Counted from the stretch's first letter, positions 38,733 to 49,455 are shown. The stretch is 64,000 nt of DNA from a candidate division FCPU426 bacterium (GCA_963830915.1 CAWHOE010000034.1:44703-108702), one strand, 5' to 3'. Translations and numbers: made by a program. Notes: generated by a model from the sequence alone, not told the origin.

Positions 38733-40322
38733 ATGAACGAAGTCACGGAAAAGATCCCGAAAAACCACGGAGAGTTCTATTTCGACCCCCCTTTTTCCCA
38801 GTGGAAAGAGGAGGCGCTTCGCAACCGTGAAAGGAATGTGAAGGAGATCTATTGGGGCCAAAACGCCTTGAAGGTTCGGGAGATCCTCAAACTGCCCACC
38901 GACCAACCCTTGATCTTGAGCGGCCATCAGCCGGTCTTTTTCCATCCCGGCCTGTGGGTCAAATGCCTGGCTGCCAGCCTGCTTGCCGAAGCGGTCCAGG
39001 GAACAGCCTGCCATAAATTGACCGACACGGCCCTAGTCGCCGAATATGAGCATTACCTTCCTGAAGTGGAGGAAATGGGCCAGGCTAGACGGAAACGTCT
39101 GGAGTTTTTCCATTCCAAAGACCATCAGGGGATGGAAAAGACGACCCCCTATTCTTTCATGCCTTCCCCCGATTACGAGGCCGTTCACAAGATCTTTTCC
39201 GAGGCCCAGGTGTTTTGCCCCAATGGGGTCAAGGAAAGCATGAAGGGCTACGAAGAGAAATTCATGAAGGGGCTGAAAGATAACGCGGCCTGGAATGATT
39301 TCCATCTCTTCACGTTGAAATTACTGGACGAGCTGTGCCAGACCAAAAGGGTCTTCCTGCAGGGGCATAAGCTTTGGTCTTCCGAACCTTTCTTCAAGTT
39401 TTTGGCCTATTGGATGGGCAACCTGCCAGAACTGACAGAGGCTTACAACCAGTCCCTGGTCCAATACCGCCAGATCCACCAGATCCAACATGACTTGTCC
39501 CCATTCCCGAACCTCAAGTTCGAGGATTGGTGGTTCGAGATACCCTTCTGGGGAGTGACCAAATACCATCAAAGACATTCCCTCTGGGCCAAGACCGACG
39601 GCAAGCACCTGATACTCAAGATGAAAGGCGGGGATGGGAACTACTCGGTCGCCCTGGATAACATGCAGGCCGAATTAGGGACCCTCCCCATCATGATCTG
39701 GCCCAAGGCCATGCCCCAGACCCTCTTTTGCCGGATGTATCTTTGCGATTATTTCATCCACGGCATGGGCGGCGGTAATTATGAGGAAGTTAATGACATA
39801 TTCTTCGAGAAGGTCTTCAAGGTGAAAGCCCTGGAATACGGCGTTGCGACCGCCACTTACCTGGTGGATCCGGAGGAAAGCGGGGCCATCGAGACCATCC
39901 TGAACCACGAACAAGGCATCGAATGGTGGGAGAGGGCGTTGGAAAAGAACCCTGAGTACCTTTTCACCAAAAAGGATATCTGGCAAGCGGCCTTGCCGGC
40001 CTTCATGGTCCCCAAGTTCCTGGAGTGTTTCAACGACGAGAAACTCAAAAAACTCGCGGCTGAGAAGGAACGTTTGATCGGTTCGCTGAAGGATCCAGCG
40101 AAGAAAGCGGAAGCTTCCCAGAAGATCAAAGAAGTGAATAGCGCTCTTTATGAAGGCTATACCGAACCCCTCAAGGCCTTGGAACAAGGGCTGCTGGATA
40201 TTTCCAAGATCAAGGCGACCAGGGAAGTGCTTGGCTATCGTGAATATCCTTTTTTCGCTTTCAAACCGGAGACCTTCCAGACCATGAAAGAAAACGTCCG
40301 CAAAGAAGTCAATAAGGCCTAA
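38733..40322 (+). CDS. Hypothetical protein, possibly a distant BshC-like nucleotidyltransferase-fold enzyme
   Basis: 529-aa ORF; ILSGHQPVFFHPGLWVK and DYFIHGMGGGNY motifs; helical coiled-coil-like C-terminal region. Confidence 0.55.
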   Translation: MNEVTEKIPKNHGEFYFDPPFSQWKEEALRNRERNVKEIYWGQNALKVREILKLPTDQPLILSGHQPVFFHPGLWVKCLAASLLAEAVQGTACHKLTDTALVAEYEHYLPEVEEMGQARRKRLEFFHSKDHQGMEKTTPYSFMPSPDYEAVHKIFSEAQVFCPNGVKESMKGYEEKFMKGLKDNAAWNDFHLFTLKLLDELCQTKRVFLQGHKLWSSEPFFKFLAYWMGNLPELTEAYNQSLVQYRQIHQIQHDLSPFPNLKFEDWWFEIPFWGVTKYHQRHSLWAKTDGKHLILKMKGGDGNYSVALDNMQAELGTLPIMIWPKAMPQTLFCRMYLCDYFIHGMGGGNYEEVNDIFFEKVFKVKALEYGVATATYLVDPEESGAIETILNHEQGIEWWERALEKNPEYLFTKKDIWQAALPAFMVPKFLECFNDEKLKKLAAEKERLIGSLKDPAKKAEASQKIKEVNSALYEGYTEPLKALEQGLLDISKIKATREVLGYREYPFFAFKPETFQTMKENVRKEVNKA

Positions 40323-40344
40323 CCTCCCCCTGACAAAAGAGACC

Positions 40345-40794
40345 ATGGAACAACCACTTTTAAAAATCGAGATATTGCCCGGCAATGAGGACCTGGGGCT
40401 TCCCGCCTATGCCACGGAAGGGTCCGCCGGTTTGGACCTGAAGGCAGCCCTTACCCAATCCCTGACCATCCAACCTGGTCAAAGGGAGGCGGTGCCGACG
40501 GGGTTGAAAATGGCCATACCGCCAGGTTACGAGGGATGCGCCAGACCCCGAAGCGGACTGGCCATGAAACACGGGCTCACCCTGACCAATTCTCCCGGGA
40601 CGATCGATTCGGATTACCGGGGCGAGGTGAAAGTGCTTCTTATCAACCACGGCCAATCGCCGGTGGTGTTGAATCGGGGTGACAGGATCGCCCAATTGCT
40701 GATATCGCCGGTGGCGCACGCCAAGATTGTTCAGGTGGAAAAGGTGGATGACACGGCGCGCGGCGAAGGCGGTTTTGGACACACCGGCGTATAA
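40345..40794 (+). CDS. dut: dUTP diphosphatase
   Basis: SAGLDL, RPRSGLA, GTIDSDYRGE, GDRIAQL, RGEGGFGHTG. Confidence 0.97.
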   Translation: MEQPLLKIEILPGNEDLGLPAYATEGSAGLDLKAALTQSLTIQPGQREAVPTGLKMAIPPGYEGCARPRSGLAMKHGLTLTNSPGTIDSDYRGEVKVLLINHGQSPVVLNRGDRIAQLLISPVAHAKIVQVEKVDDTARGEGGFGHTGV

Positions 40795-40815
40795 AACCAT
40801 TCCTCAGGAAAAATC

Positions 40816-41874
40816 ATGGATGTCTCGATCGATTTTCGCCCGGTAGGTTTCAACCTGGGCGGTTGGTTGTCACAATCGGATCTTTCCGAAGACCATGTCA
40901 AAAATTTCATCACCGCCGAGGACTTCCGAAGGATCGCCCGATGGGGATTCAATTCGATCCGGCTCCCTTTCGACGCCCAATGGCTTTTTGAGGACCAAGG
41001 ACGGGGTTCCCTCGCGAAGGATAGGCTAAAGATCCTGAAAAAAGTATTGGATTGGTCGGCTGACGCGGGCCTTTTGACCATCCTGGATATGCATCAGGTT
41101 CCCTGGCATTCATTCGCCAAACCCGAACTTGAAAATCTATGGAAAAACGACGAAGATTTGAATTCCTTTTGCCGGTTATGGGCGGAGTTGGCGAGTGAAT
41201 TGAAGGGGACGGAGGGTCCTCTTTGGTTCGATACCTTGAACGAACCCACCGCCAAGGATCCGGGGGATTGGAACAAAGTGGCTCAAAGGGTTTATGAGGC
41301 CATCCGGAGCGTGGACCCGCAAAGGGTAATCCTTCTGGAATCGACTTCTTGGGCTTCTGTCGCCAGGTTAGGGGATCTGGTGGAACGGGCGCGGGGACAT
41401 CAACTGGTCTATAGTTTCCATTTCTACTTGCCCATGTTCGTGACCCATCAAGGCGCGCCCTGGTGGAAGGATGGGAAAGCTTATCAGGAAGAGGTTCATT
41501 ATCCCGGCGGCCTCCCTCGAGTGGATGAGTATCTTTCCAAGGAGTTATCAGCCCCGACCCGTGCCGCCCTGATGGAAGAAGGAAGCCAAATTTGGGACCG
41601 GGAAGGTTTAAAGGTGGTTTTAAAGCCGGTGGAGCGTTATACGAAGGAAGGATTCCGCTTTTACTGCGGAGAATTCGGGGTTTATGATAAGGCCCCCCGG
41701 ACAACCCGTCTGAATTGGACAAGGGATGTGGTGGGGCTCTTCAAAGAAATGGGCATTGGCTGGGCTTATTGGAACTATAAATGGCTGGATTTCGGTGTTT
41801 ATTCCAAAAGGCCGGATGGGTCCACAGGGCCCGAGGACAAAGAAATGGTCACAGTACTCCAAGGGGGATGCTAA
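40816..41874 (+). CDS. GH5 family glycoside hydrolase, no signal peptide
   Basis: GFNLGGW, GFNSIRLP, LNEP, SFHFY, YCGEFG, WAYWNY. Confidence 0.9.
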   Translation: MDVSIDFRPVGFNLGGWLSQSDLSEDHVKNFITAEDFRRIARWGFNSIRLPFDAQWLFEDQGRGSLAKDRLKILKKVLDWSADAGLLTILDMHQVPWHSFAKPELENLWKNDEDLNSFCRLWAELASELKGTEGPLWFDTLNEPTAKDPGDWNKVAQRVYEAIRSVDPQRVILLESTSWASVARLGDLVERARGHQLVYSFHFYLPMFVTHQGAPWWKDGKAYQEEVHYPGGLPRVDEYLSKELSAPTRAALMEEGSQIWDREGLKVVLKPVERYTKEGFRFYCGEFGVYDKAPRTTRLNWTRDVVGLFKEMGIGWAYWNYKWLDFGVYSKRPDGSTGPEDKEMVTVLQGGC

Positions 41875-41875
41875 G

Positions 41876-44212
41876 TTGAAAAATCGCTCATGGCTTCTTA
41901 TCGGTTTTTTATTGGTCCTGGGTTGTTCACCCAAGGAAACGGTCAAACCGGGACCTGCCGTCAATCCGCTGTCCCAACCCATGGTTTCCGCCTCTCCGAC
42001 TCCAATGGCCGGGCCCCAGGCTCCCTCCCTCGTCAACATCCACCCTCCTGTTAGTGAAGCCCAATTCCAAGCTTCTTTCGCCAAGACCGCTCAGGCCGAT
42101 GTCAATTCGGGAAATCTGGACGATTTTTATACGGTCGCCCAATACCAATTCAACAGCTTGGATTATGTCGATTGCCTGAAAACCTATCAAAAAATGCTTC
42201 ATGTCCAGACGTCCCTATCTCAATTGGATAAGGCCCAGTACATGGTGGGTCAGGTTTATTTCGAGAAAAAAGATTATTTGGCCGCCATGGCGGCGTTCCA
42301 GTCATTGATGGATAAATATCCCAAATCCCTCTATTTGGAACAAAGCGGGAAAATGATGGAATTCATCCTGACCTATTCCTTGACCATGGAGGATCTGAGC
42401 CGGTTCGTCGAGAATTATCCCGATTCCCCCTCGAAGTGCTCCGCTCTTTTCCAATTGGGAAGCAAGGAAGCCCAGGCGGCCCAGCAAAGCGATTCGATCG
42501 CCCATTTGAACCAGTTCATACAACAATGCCCGCAGCATTCCATGGTCCCCTCGGCCCAGCTCCTTTTGCAATCCATGCAGAGCCTGCAACAAGGGAAGAC
42601 CTGGAAGGTCGGCGTGTTGGTCCCCATGACGGGACGCTTCAAGAGCTTCGGGGAATCGGTCCTGAACGGGGTGACCCTGGCGGTGGAGCAGGCCAATAAG
42701 AACGGCGGATCGAAGAAACCAATGACCCTTTTGGTCCGGGACACGACGGGGGACCCGATCCAGGCGGTCAAGGTTTTCCAGGAATTGACCAAGGATAACA
42801 GCCTGGACGCGGTCATCGGACCGGTGGTCGCCTCCGAGATCGCCGCGGTGGCGCCTTTGGCCAACCAGCAAAAGATCACCTTGATCACCCCTTCCAACAG
42901 CCGGGACGGACTTTCCGGTCTGGGACCTTATCTTTTCAGCAATAGCATGACCAACGAGATGCAGGGAAGGGCCATCGCCCATTACGCGGTCGAGAAACTG
43001 GGATTCAAAAGTTTCGGCATATTGGCGCCGGACGATGGCTACGGGGAAACCCTCTCCAACGCTTTTGAAAAGACCGTCGAGGCTATCGGGGGAACGGTTA
43101 CCGCTTCCCAGATCTACCCCCCTTCCGCCACCGATTTCAAAAAGCAGATCATTGCCCTGGGCGGGCAGGATCCAGGATATTCAAAGGAAAACGACAGGGA
43201 AAACGCCCGCCGTTCGGACGAGTTGAACTACAACTTGAAAAAAGAGATCGGGAAGGTCTTGATCAAGGCCAAAGACCTGATGGATAGCTATCCTTCGGGC
43301 CCGGAAAACAATACGCCTACCTTGACGGCGGTGGCCCTGGTACCCCTGGTAGAGAACCTTTCCAACACAATTTGTCCATCCATCGGTAAAGACGTCAACA
43401 CGACCATTCGGTCGGCATTCCAGGACCAGAGCGACTTCATCCTTCGAAACGACGACCTGGTCCAACAGGCAATGACCAGTCTGCCGTCCGAACCGAAGGG
43501 GACGACCTTGACGGTCACCGCCGACCAATGGGGAGAGATCGCCCGAAGTATCAGGACTTCCCTTCTGATCACCGGCAAGATCGTGGAGACCAATCCGTCC
43601 AATGATTGGAACCCGTCCAACCCAACCTGGGATTACACCCTGAGCTTGGAAGCCTACCAATTGAATCCGCTGAAGAACAATTATTTCAAGATCTATCAAA
43701 GCCGATTGACCTATAGCCCTTTCAAACCAGCCTCGATGGTTCGAAGCCTGGCTTCCTATCAGGCGCTCTATCTTCCGGCCCATTCGGCGGAAATACCTCT
43801 GCTCGTGTCCCAGATCCATTTTTATGACCTCAATCCTGTCTTTTTGGGAGGCCATTTGTGGGAAAACCAGACTGTCCTTCAGGAAGGGGTCAAGGACCTG
43901 GAAGGGTCCTATTTCGTGAGCGGCTTTTATACGGACAGCCAGCAGGCCGTCGTCAAAAGGTTCTCCGAGGACTACCTTCGACGGTTCACCAAGAGGCCCG
44001 ATCTCCTATCGGCCCAATCCTACGACGCGGCCCGGCTGCTACTGGGTGCGCTTTCACTCTCCCTGGATCGGGACAGCGTTCATACGCTGTTGTCCCAAGT
44101 GCGGGATTTCGAGGGTGTCAGCGGCAGGACCACCTTCGGGGGTCAAGGCGAGGCGGATAAAATGGTGCCGATCCTGAAGATCCAAGGCGGAAAATACGAA
44201 CAGGTCCAATAA
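41876..44212 (+). CDS. LpoA/LppC-like lipoprotein: TPR (BamD/YbgF-like) region plus type 1 periplasmic-binding domain
   Basis: Lipobox VLGC after TTG 41876; TPR with KYPKS/NYPDS; VGVLVPMTG...G..LA; QSYDAARLL, FEGVSGRTTF. Confidence 0.78.
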   Translation: MKNRSWLLIGFLLVLGCSPKETVKPGPAVNPLSQPMVSASPTPMAGPQAPSLVNIHPPVSEAQFQASFAKTAQADVNSGNLDDFYTVAQYQFNSLDYVDCLKTYQKMLHVQTSLSQLDKAQYMVGQVYFEKKDYLAAMAAFQSLMDKYPKSLYLEQSGKMMEFILTYSLTMEDLSRFVENYPDSPSKCSALFQLGSKEAQAAQQSDSIAHLNQFIQQCPQHSMVPSAQLLLQSMQSLQQGKTWKVGVLVPMTGRFKSFGESVLNGVTLAVEQANKNGGSKKPMTLLVRDTTGDPIQAVKVFQELTKDNSLDAVIGPVVASEIAAVAPLANQQKITLITPSNSRDGLSGLGPYLFSNSMTNEMQGRAIAHYAVEKLGFKSFGILAPDDGYGETLSNAFEKTVEAIGGTVTASQIYPPSATDFKKQIIALGGQDPGYSKENDRENARRSDELNYNLKKEIGKVLIKAKDLMDSYPSGPENNTPTLTAVALVPLVENLSNTICPSIGKDVNTTIRSAFQDQSDFILRNDDLVQQAMTSLPSEPKGTTLTVTADQWGEIARSIRTSLLITGKIVETNPSNDWNPSNPTWDYTLSLEAYQLNPLKNNYFKIYQSRLTYSPFKPASMVRSLASYQALYLPAHSAEIPLLVSQIHFYDLNPVFLGGHLWENQTVLQEGVKDLEGSYFVSGFYTDSQQAVVKRFSEDYLRRFTKRPDLLSAQSYDAARLLLGALSLSLDRDSVHTLLSQVRDFEGVSGRTTFGGQGEADKMVPILKIQGGKYEQVQ

Positions 44213-44253
44213 GACCCATCGCGAAGATAAAGAGAGAATATCGGAGTTGATCC

Positions 44254-45720
44254 TTGAGCGATAACACCAAGTTCGGCACCCCGAAAGGCATGAGGGACTG
44301 GCTTCCTCATGAGACCCTGTTGCGTCAAAAACTCATCCGGGTGATCGAGTCCCACTATCAGCTCTACGGTTTCAGGCCCATCGATACCCCGGCCCTGGAA
44401 AACAAGGAAGTGTTGCAGGGCAAGGGCGGGGGAGAGAATGAGAAGCTGATGTTCGAAGTGATGAAACGCGGGGAGGATTTCCTCTCTTCCCTGGGCAAGG
44501 CGGTCAAGGACAAGCCCAACGTGTTCAAGGACCTGGCCCTTCATCAACTGGGACTGGATAGCGCGATCAAGAACGATCCGGAGGAAATGGGCCGCATCCG
44601 GTCCGGTGTACAAGAGGTCAAAAGGGAAATGTCGGATATGGGCTTGCGGTATGACATGACCGTGCCCTTGGCTCGATACTACGCCAATCACGCCAATGAG
44701 CTGGGCAAGCCCTTCCGCTGTTACCACATCGGACCGGTCTGGCGGGCGGACCGGCCGCAGAAGGGCCGATTCCGGGAATTCTACCAATGTGATATCGATA
44801 TCATCGGGAGCGAGTCGGACGAATATGAGGTGGAACTCCTTCTGGCCACCGACCGGGTCCTGAACGATCTGGGAGTGGGAAAATTCAAGATCCGCATCAG
44901 CGATAAAAGGCTCCTTCCAGCCGTCCTTGAGAAGATCGGAGTGGAGATAGGAAAGATACCGGCCATCGCGGTCGCGGTCGACAAGCTGGATAAACAACCT
45001 CTGGAGGAAGTCCTCAAGGAGATCGCTCGGCTGGGATTGGGTGAAACGACCCTAGCCAAGGTCCAGCATTTCATCAATCGCTCCCTCTCGGGCGATCCTG
45101 ATCTGGGTTCGCTCAAGGATAGTGCGCTATTGGATTTAGGGAAGAAGGTCCTGTCCCTTCAGCACCGGGTCCATGAGATCAATCCGACCGCCCAGGTGGT
45201 ATTCGATCCATTGCTGGTGAGGGGTTTTGATTACTACACGGGACCGGTCTTTGAGATCAATGTGGAGGACAAGGAATACGCCTTTTCCATCGGTGGCGGC
45301 GGGCGGTATGACGGGTTGATCGAAAAGTTGGGCGGGCCCAAGGGCACCCCGGCGGTCGGTCTTTCTTTGGGTTTCGAGCGCATCCTGACCATCCTGATGG
45401 GTAGGGATCCCATGGCCGGCAAAGGGCTCCATCCCACGGTTTTCATCGCGAACAATGGTCAGACCGAAAAGGAAATACTCCAGCTGGCTGAAAAGATCCG
45501 CAACACGGGGATCCAGGTGGAGACATGCCTGGAAAAAAAGGATTTCGTCAAACAGATGAAAATGGCCCAGGATAACGGCGTCGAACTGGCCGTGACCAAG
45601 TTCTTTCCCGGCGGGGCGAAGGTCTGGGTCCGGCGGCTTTCCACCCGCCAGGACGAGGAAATGACCCTGGAAGGATTGGAAAAGGCCGTCCGGAACATGG
45701 ATAAGGAACCCAGGGCTTAA
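44254..45720 (+). CDS. hisS: Histidine--tRNA ligase
   Basis: PKGMRDW, LRYDMTVP, WRADRPQKGRFREFYQCD, LVRGFDYYTG, GGGRYD, GFERI. Confidence 0.96.
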   Translation: MSDNTKFGTPKGMRDWLPHETLLRQKLIRVIESHYQLYGFRPIDTPALENKEVLQGKGGGENEKLMFEVMKRGEDFLSSLGKAVKDKPNVFKDLALHQLGLDSAIKNDPEEMGRIRSGVQEVKREMSDMGLRYDMTVPLARYYANHANELGKPFRCYHIGPVWRADRPQKGRFREFYQCDIDIIGSESDEYEVELLLATDRVLNDLGVGKFKIRISDKRLLPAVLEKIGVEIGKIPAIAVAVDKLDKQPLEEVLKEIARLGLGETTLAKVQHFINRSLSGDPDLGSLKDSALLDLGKKVLSLQHRVHEINPTAQVVFDPLLVRGFDYYTGPVFEINVEDKEYAFSIGGGGRYDGLIEKLGGPKGTPAVGLSLGFERILTILMGRDPMAGKGLHPTVFIANNGQTEKEILQLAEKIRNTGIQVETCLEKKDFVKQMKMAQDNGVELAVTKFFPGGAKVWVRRLSTRQDEEMTLEGLEKAVRNMDKEPRA

Positions 45721-45772
45721 ATCCGGGTTTGGACCGCTGTTAGGTTGTGTTATCATACGTTTTCTTCAAACC

Positions 45773-45793
45773 GGCCCGAACAGGGCCTTTTTT
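45773..45793 (+). terminator. Possible weak terminator between hisS and aspS
   Basis: GGCCC-GAACA-GGGCC followed by T6. Confidence 0.35.
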
Positions 45794-45810
45794 ATTACAG
45801 GAGAGCTCAC

Positions 45811-47601
45811 GTGGCGGAAATGCTAGGCGGATGGAAAAGATCACATCATTGCGGGGACTTGCGTAAATCGGATGTCGGTAAGACCGTCATCCTCATGGGC
45901 TGGGTCCACCACCGCCGGGACCACGGGGGGTTGGTTTTCGTGGATCTGAGGGACCGTTACGGCGTGACCCAGATCGTGTTCGATCCCCAATTGGCCGACA
46001 AGGTCCATAAACAGTCCCACCTCATCCGCAACGAGTGGGTTCTGGCCATCAAGGGCGAGGTCACGGCAAGGCCGGAAGGCACCATCAACACCAAGATCGC
46101 CACGGGAGAGGTGGAGATCCGATGCAACGAGGTCAAGGTCCTGAATCCCTCCCTGACCCCCGTATTTCCCATCGAGGACGAAGTGGAAGTGGCTGAGGAG
46201 ATCCGCCTGGAGTACCGATATCTGGACCTGCGGCGGGAATACATGAAGAAAAAGCTCATCGCCCGCCATGGGATCACCGCCTCGGCCCGCGAATTCATGA
46301 ACGCCGAGGGATTCCTGGAGATCGAAACGCCCATCCTCATCAAGAACACTCCTGAGGGCGCCCGGGAATACGTCGTTCCCAGCCGGGTCAGCCCCGGCAA
46401 GTTCTTCGTGCTTCCCCAAAGCCCCCAGCAGTTGAAACAGATCTGCATGGTCGCCGGGTTGGATAAATACTACCAGATCGCCAAATGCTTCCGGGACGAG
46501 GACCTGCGCGCCGACCGTCAGCCCGAGTTCACCCAGATCGATATCGAGATGTCCTTCATCGATGAGGAGGATATCTACAAACTGGGCGAGGGTTTGATGA
46601 AGAAGATATTCAAGGAGACCCTGGGAGTCGATATCGCGACCCCTTTTGAGCGCATTTCTTATGATGAGGCCATTGAAAAATACGGCACGGACAAACCGGA
46701 CCTAAGGTTCGATTTGCCCATGGTGAACGTCGGTGCCGTCGTCGCCAAGGCGCAATTCAAGGTCTTCAACGATGTTCTGGGCAGGGGCGGCATCGTCAAA
46801 GCCTTGAACGCCAAGGGCTGCGCGGACTTTTCCCGCAAGGATATGGATGATCTGACGGCCTATGTGGGCCAATACGGCGCCAAGGGAATGGCCTGGTTCA
46901 AGGTCAAGGACGGCAAGCTTGATTCCAACATCGCCAAGTATTTCCCGCCCGAGGTCCAAGCTGAACTGATGAAGACCCTCAGCGGAGAGGAAGGGGACCT
47001 GTTCCTTTTCGGCGCGGACGATCCCCCGGTCGTGAATGACTCCTTGGGAGCTCTTAGAGGCGAGATCGCCCGCCGTAAGGGTCTGATCGAAAAAGGACCT
47101 AAGTGGGCTTTCCGCTGGGTCACCGAATTCCCGATGTTCGGCAAGGATGACAAGGGACGGATTTATTCCAACCATCACCCTTTCACCAGCCCCAAGGAAT
47201 CGGATGTGCATCTCCTGGACACCGACCCGGTCAAGGCCAAAGCGATGGCATATGATCTGGTCCTGAATGGCATGGAATTGGGCGGAGGAAGCATCCGTAT
47301 CCATAGCTCAGAATTGCAATCGAAGATCTTCAGCCTTCTGGAGATAACCCCCGAGAACGCCGAGATGCGTTTTGGTTTTCTCTTGAAAGCCCTGAAGTAT
47401 GGGGCGCCGCCCCACGGCGGTATCGCTTTTGGCATGGACCGTCTGGTCATGCTGCTGACGGGTGCGCCCAATATCCGGGACGTCATCGCTTTCCCCAAGA
47501 CCGCCAAGGCCACCGATCTTATGACCGGCTCGCCCTCGATTATCGATGAGGAACTGATGAAAGAGCTCAAGATCAAGATCGAATTGGAAGACCTGACTTA
47601 A
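45811..47601 (+). CDS. aspS: Aspartate--tRNA ligase, probably non-discriminating Asp/Asn type
   Basis: [47 protein letters not shown] before GTG 45811. His in RDHG and Gly in PEG are the known ND-AspRS signature positions. Confidence 0.96.
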   Translation: MAEMLGGWKRSHHCGDLRKSDVGKTVILMGWVHHRRDHGGLVFVDLRDRYGVTQIVFDPQLADKVHKQSHLIRNEWVLAIKGEVTARPEGTINTKIATGEVEIRCNEVKVLNPSLTPVFPIEDEVEVAEEIRLEYRYLDLRREYMKKKLIARHGITASAREFMNAEGFLEIETPILIKNTPEGAREYVVPSRVSPGKFFVLPQSPQQLKQICMVAGLDKYYQIAKCFRDEDLRADRQPEFTQIDIEMSFIDEEDIYKLGEGLMKKIFKETLGVDIATPFERISYDEAIEKYGTDKPDLRFDLPMVNVGAVVAKAQFKVFNDVLGRGGIVKALNAKGCADFSRKDMDDLTAYVGQYGAKGMAWFKVKDGKLDSNIAKYFPPEVQAELMKTLSGEEGDLFLFGADDPPVVNDSLGALRGEIARRKGLIEKGPKWAFRWVTEFPMFGKDDKGRIYSNHHPFTSPKESDVHLLDTDPVKAKAMAYDLVLNGMELGGGSIRIHSSELQSKIFSLLEITPENAEMRFGFLLKALKYGAPPHGGIAFGMDRLVMLLTGAPNIRDVIAFPKTAKATDLMTGSPSIIDEELMKELKIKIELEDLT

Positions 47602-47704
47602 CCTTCCTAATCTGTTTAACGAGTTAAACGGATTTTTAAATGGAAAAGCGAGCTTGGTCTTTTAGTTCCCTCCTAAAGGCTTGAAACAGCTGGTTTACCC
47701 AAAC

Positions 47705-47733
47705 TTGACGAACTTCCCAGTTCAATCCATAAT
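47705..47733 (+). promoter_or_regulatory. Sigma70-type promoter for the LysM gene
   Basis: TTGACG - 17 bp - CATAAT. Confidence 0.65.
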
Positions 47734-47769
47734 AAACCCGTTCGCCTGTAAGCGATTTCGGAGGGAAAA

Positions 47770-48306
47770 ATGATCAAGGTACAAACGCTTTTTTTAGTCG
47801 TTTTATTGACCGCCATACTCTCGGTGGGATGTTCGCAAAAGAAGCGGATCGAAGGTTCGGAAGTACCGACCCAACCCGAATCCAATGAGGTGGTGGTAGC
47901 TCCTCCACCCGCCATTCCGGTGGATAACACAACAGAGGCGGCTCCTCCGCCGCAGGCAGAGGCTCCGACTGAAGTTCCCACAGCGGTTCCGACCGCGGTC
48001 CCAACCCCCGAACCCACGGTGGTGGCCGATTCTACCGGCAAGTACGTTGTGGTTACAGGCGACACCCTTTGGGGGATCGCGGGTATGGATATCAGTTATA
48101 AGGATAATTTCCAATGGCCATTGATCTTCAAGGCCAATCGCGACCAGATCAAGGATCCGGACCTCATTTATCCCAAACAGGAATTCAGTATCCGGCATGA
48201 TTATTCCAAGGAGGATGTGGATAAGGCCCGTAAGGACGCTAGTGATACCCCTAAATATGTGCCCCATACCGAACCCAGGGAAAGTCTACCGGTTGATTAT
48301 TTCTGA
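47770..48306 (+). CDS. LysM-domain lipoprotein
   Basis: Lipobox SVGC; Pro/Thr linker; YVVVTGDTLWGIA...WPLIFKANRDQIKDPDLIYP. Confidence 0.92.
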   Translation: MIKVQTLFLVVLLTAILSVGCSQKKRIEGSEVPTQPESNEVVVAPPPAIPVDNTTEAAPPPQAEAPTEVPTAVPTAVPTPEPTVVADSTGKYVVVTGDTLWGIAGMDISYKDNFQWPLIFKANRDQIKDPDLIYPKQEFSIRHDYSKEDVDKARKDASDTPKYVPHTEPRESLPVDYF

Positions 48307-48354
48307 CCTTGACCGGAAGCGCGGGAAGGTTTAAAAAGCGTTGTTTTTCAAGAT

Positions 48355-48390
48355 TCCCTTTCCCCGAAAACGGGGAAAGGGATTTTTTAT
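48355..48390 (+). terminator. Rho-independent terminator
   Basis: TCCCTTTCCCCG-AAAA-CGGGGAAAGGGA perfect 12-bp stem followed by T6. Confidence 0.88.
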
Positions 48391-48452
48391 TTACCCAGAC
48401 TTAATGGGTTTTGAACCCCGGGAAAGATAGAATCAAAGTTTTGGAGGAAAGC

Positions 48453-49433
48453 GTGACGCAAGCCGTCAGTCGCAGGATCAATTTAACAGACCAACAGGAA
48501 TGCCTGAAGCTTTTTGGGGAAAAAGACCATAACCTGAAAATCCTTCGGGATTCCTTCATGGTGACCCTCGTCGCGCGGGGCGAGGAGATCATCCTGACAG
48601 GGGAGCCTTTGGAGGTTTCCCATGCCGCCCAGGTCATCGAGAACCTGAGAGCTCAGCTTAGGAATGGACATGAGGGTTATATCCCGCCCGGCGCGGTCAA
48701 GAAATTGATCGGGGAGGCCAAGGGGATAGGCGCCGAACCTGAACCCCATGGCGAGGCGGTCCTGGTCTCCTCACGAAAAAAACCCATCCATGCCAGGTCG
48801 GCCAATCAGCAAAAATACGTGGACGCCATCAAGTCGCACGATATCGTGTTCGGGATCGGGCCCGCTGGGACCGGCAAGACCTATCTGGCTATGGCCATGG
48901 CGGTCGCGGCGCTGCGGAACGGGGATGTGGAGCGATTGGTCCTGACCAGGCCGGCGGTGGAAGCGGGGGAAAAGCTTGGGTTCCTGCCGGGGGACCTGCA
49001 GGATAAGGTGGACCCTTATCTGCGTCCTCTTTATGACGCCCTTTATGACATGGTCGAATACGAGAAACTCCAACGATTATTCCAGCAGAGGGTGGTGGAG
49101 GTGGCTCCCCTGGCCTATATGCGGGGACGAACCCTGTCCAACGCCTTCATCATCCTGGATGAGGCGCAGAACACCAGCCCGGAACAGATGAAGATGTTCC
49201 TGACCCGCATGGGCACCGGGTCCAAGATGGTGGTGACCGGGGATGTGACCCAGATCGATCTGCCCACCGGCAAGTCCTCCGGGTTGATCGAGGTCCAGAG
49301 GATACTCTCAAAGGTCAAGGGGTTGGAATTCGTTCTTTTCACGTCGAAGGATGTCGTCCGCCATCGTTTGGTCCAAGGGATCCTGGACGCCTATCACCAA
49401 TATGATGAGGAACGAAAGGATAAACCCGTTTGA
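48453..49433 (+). CDS. phoH: PhoH family ATPase (YbeZ)
   Basis: GPAGTGKT, RPAVEAGEKLGFLPG, YMRGRT, DEAQN, GDVTQID; GGAGG RBS before GTG 48453. Confidence 0.95.
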   Translation: MTQAVSRRINLTDQQECLKLFGEKDHNLKILRDSFMVTLVARGEEIILTGEPLEVSHAAQVIENLRAQLRNGHEGYIPPGAVKKLIGEAKGIGAEPEPHGEAVLVSSRKKPIHARSANQQKYVDAIKSHDIVFGIGPAGTGKTYLAMAMAVAALRNGDVERLVLTRPAVEAGEKLGFLPGDLQDKVDPYLRPLYDALYDMVEYEKLQRLFQQRVVEVAPLAYMRGRTLSNAFIILDEAQNTSPEQMKMFLTRMGTGSKMVVTGDVTQIDLPTGKSSGLIEVQRILSKVKGLEFVLFTSKDVVRHRLVQGILDAYHQYDEERKDKPV

Positions 49434-49455
49434 GCGATAACGGGAATTATCGAAC

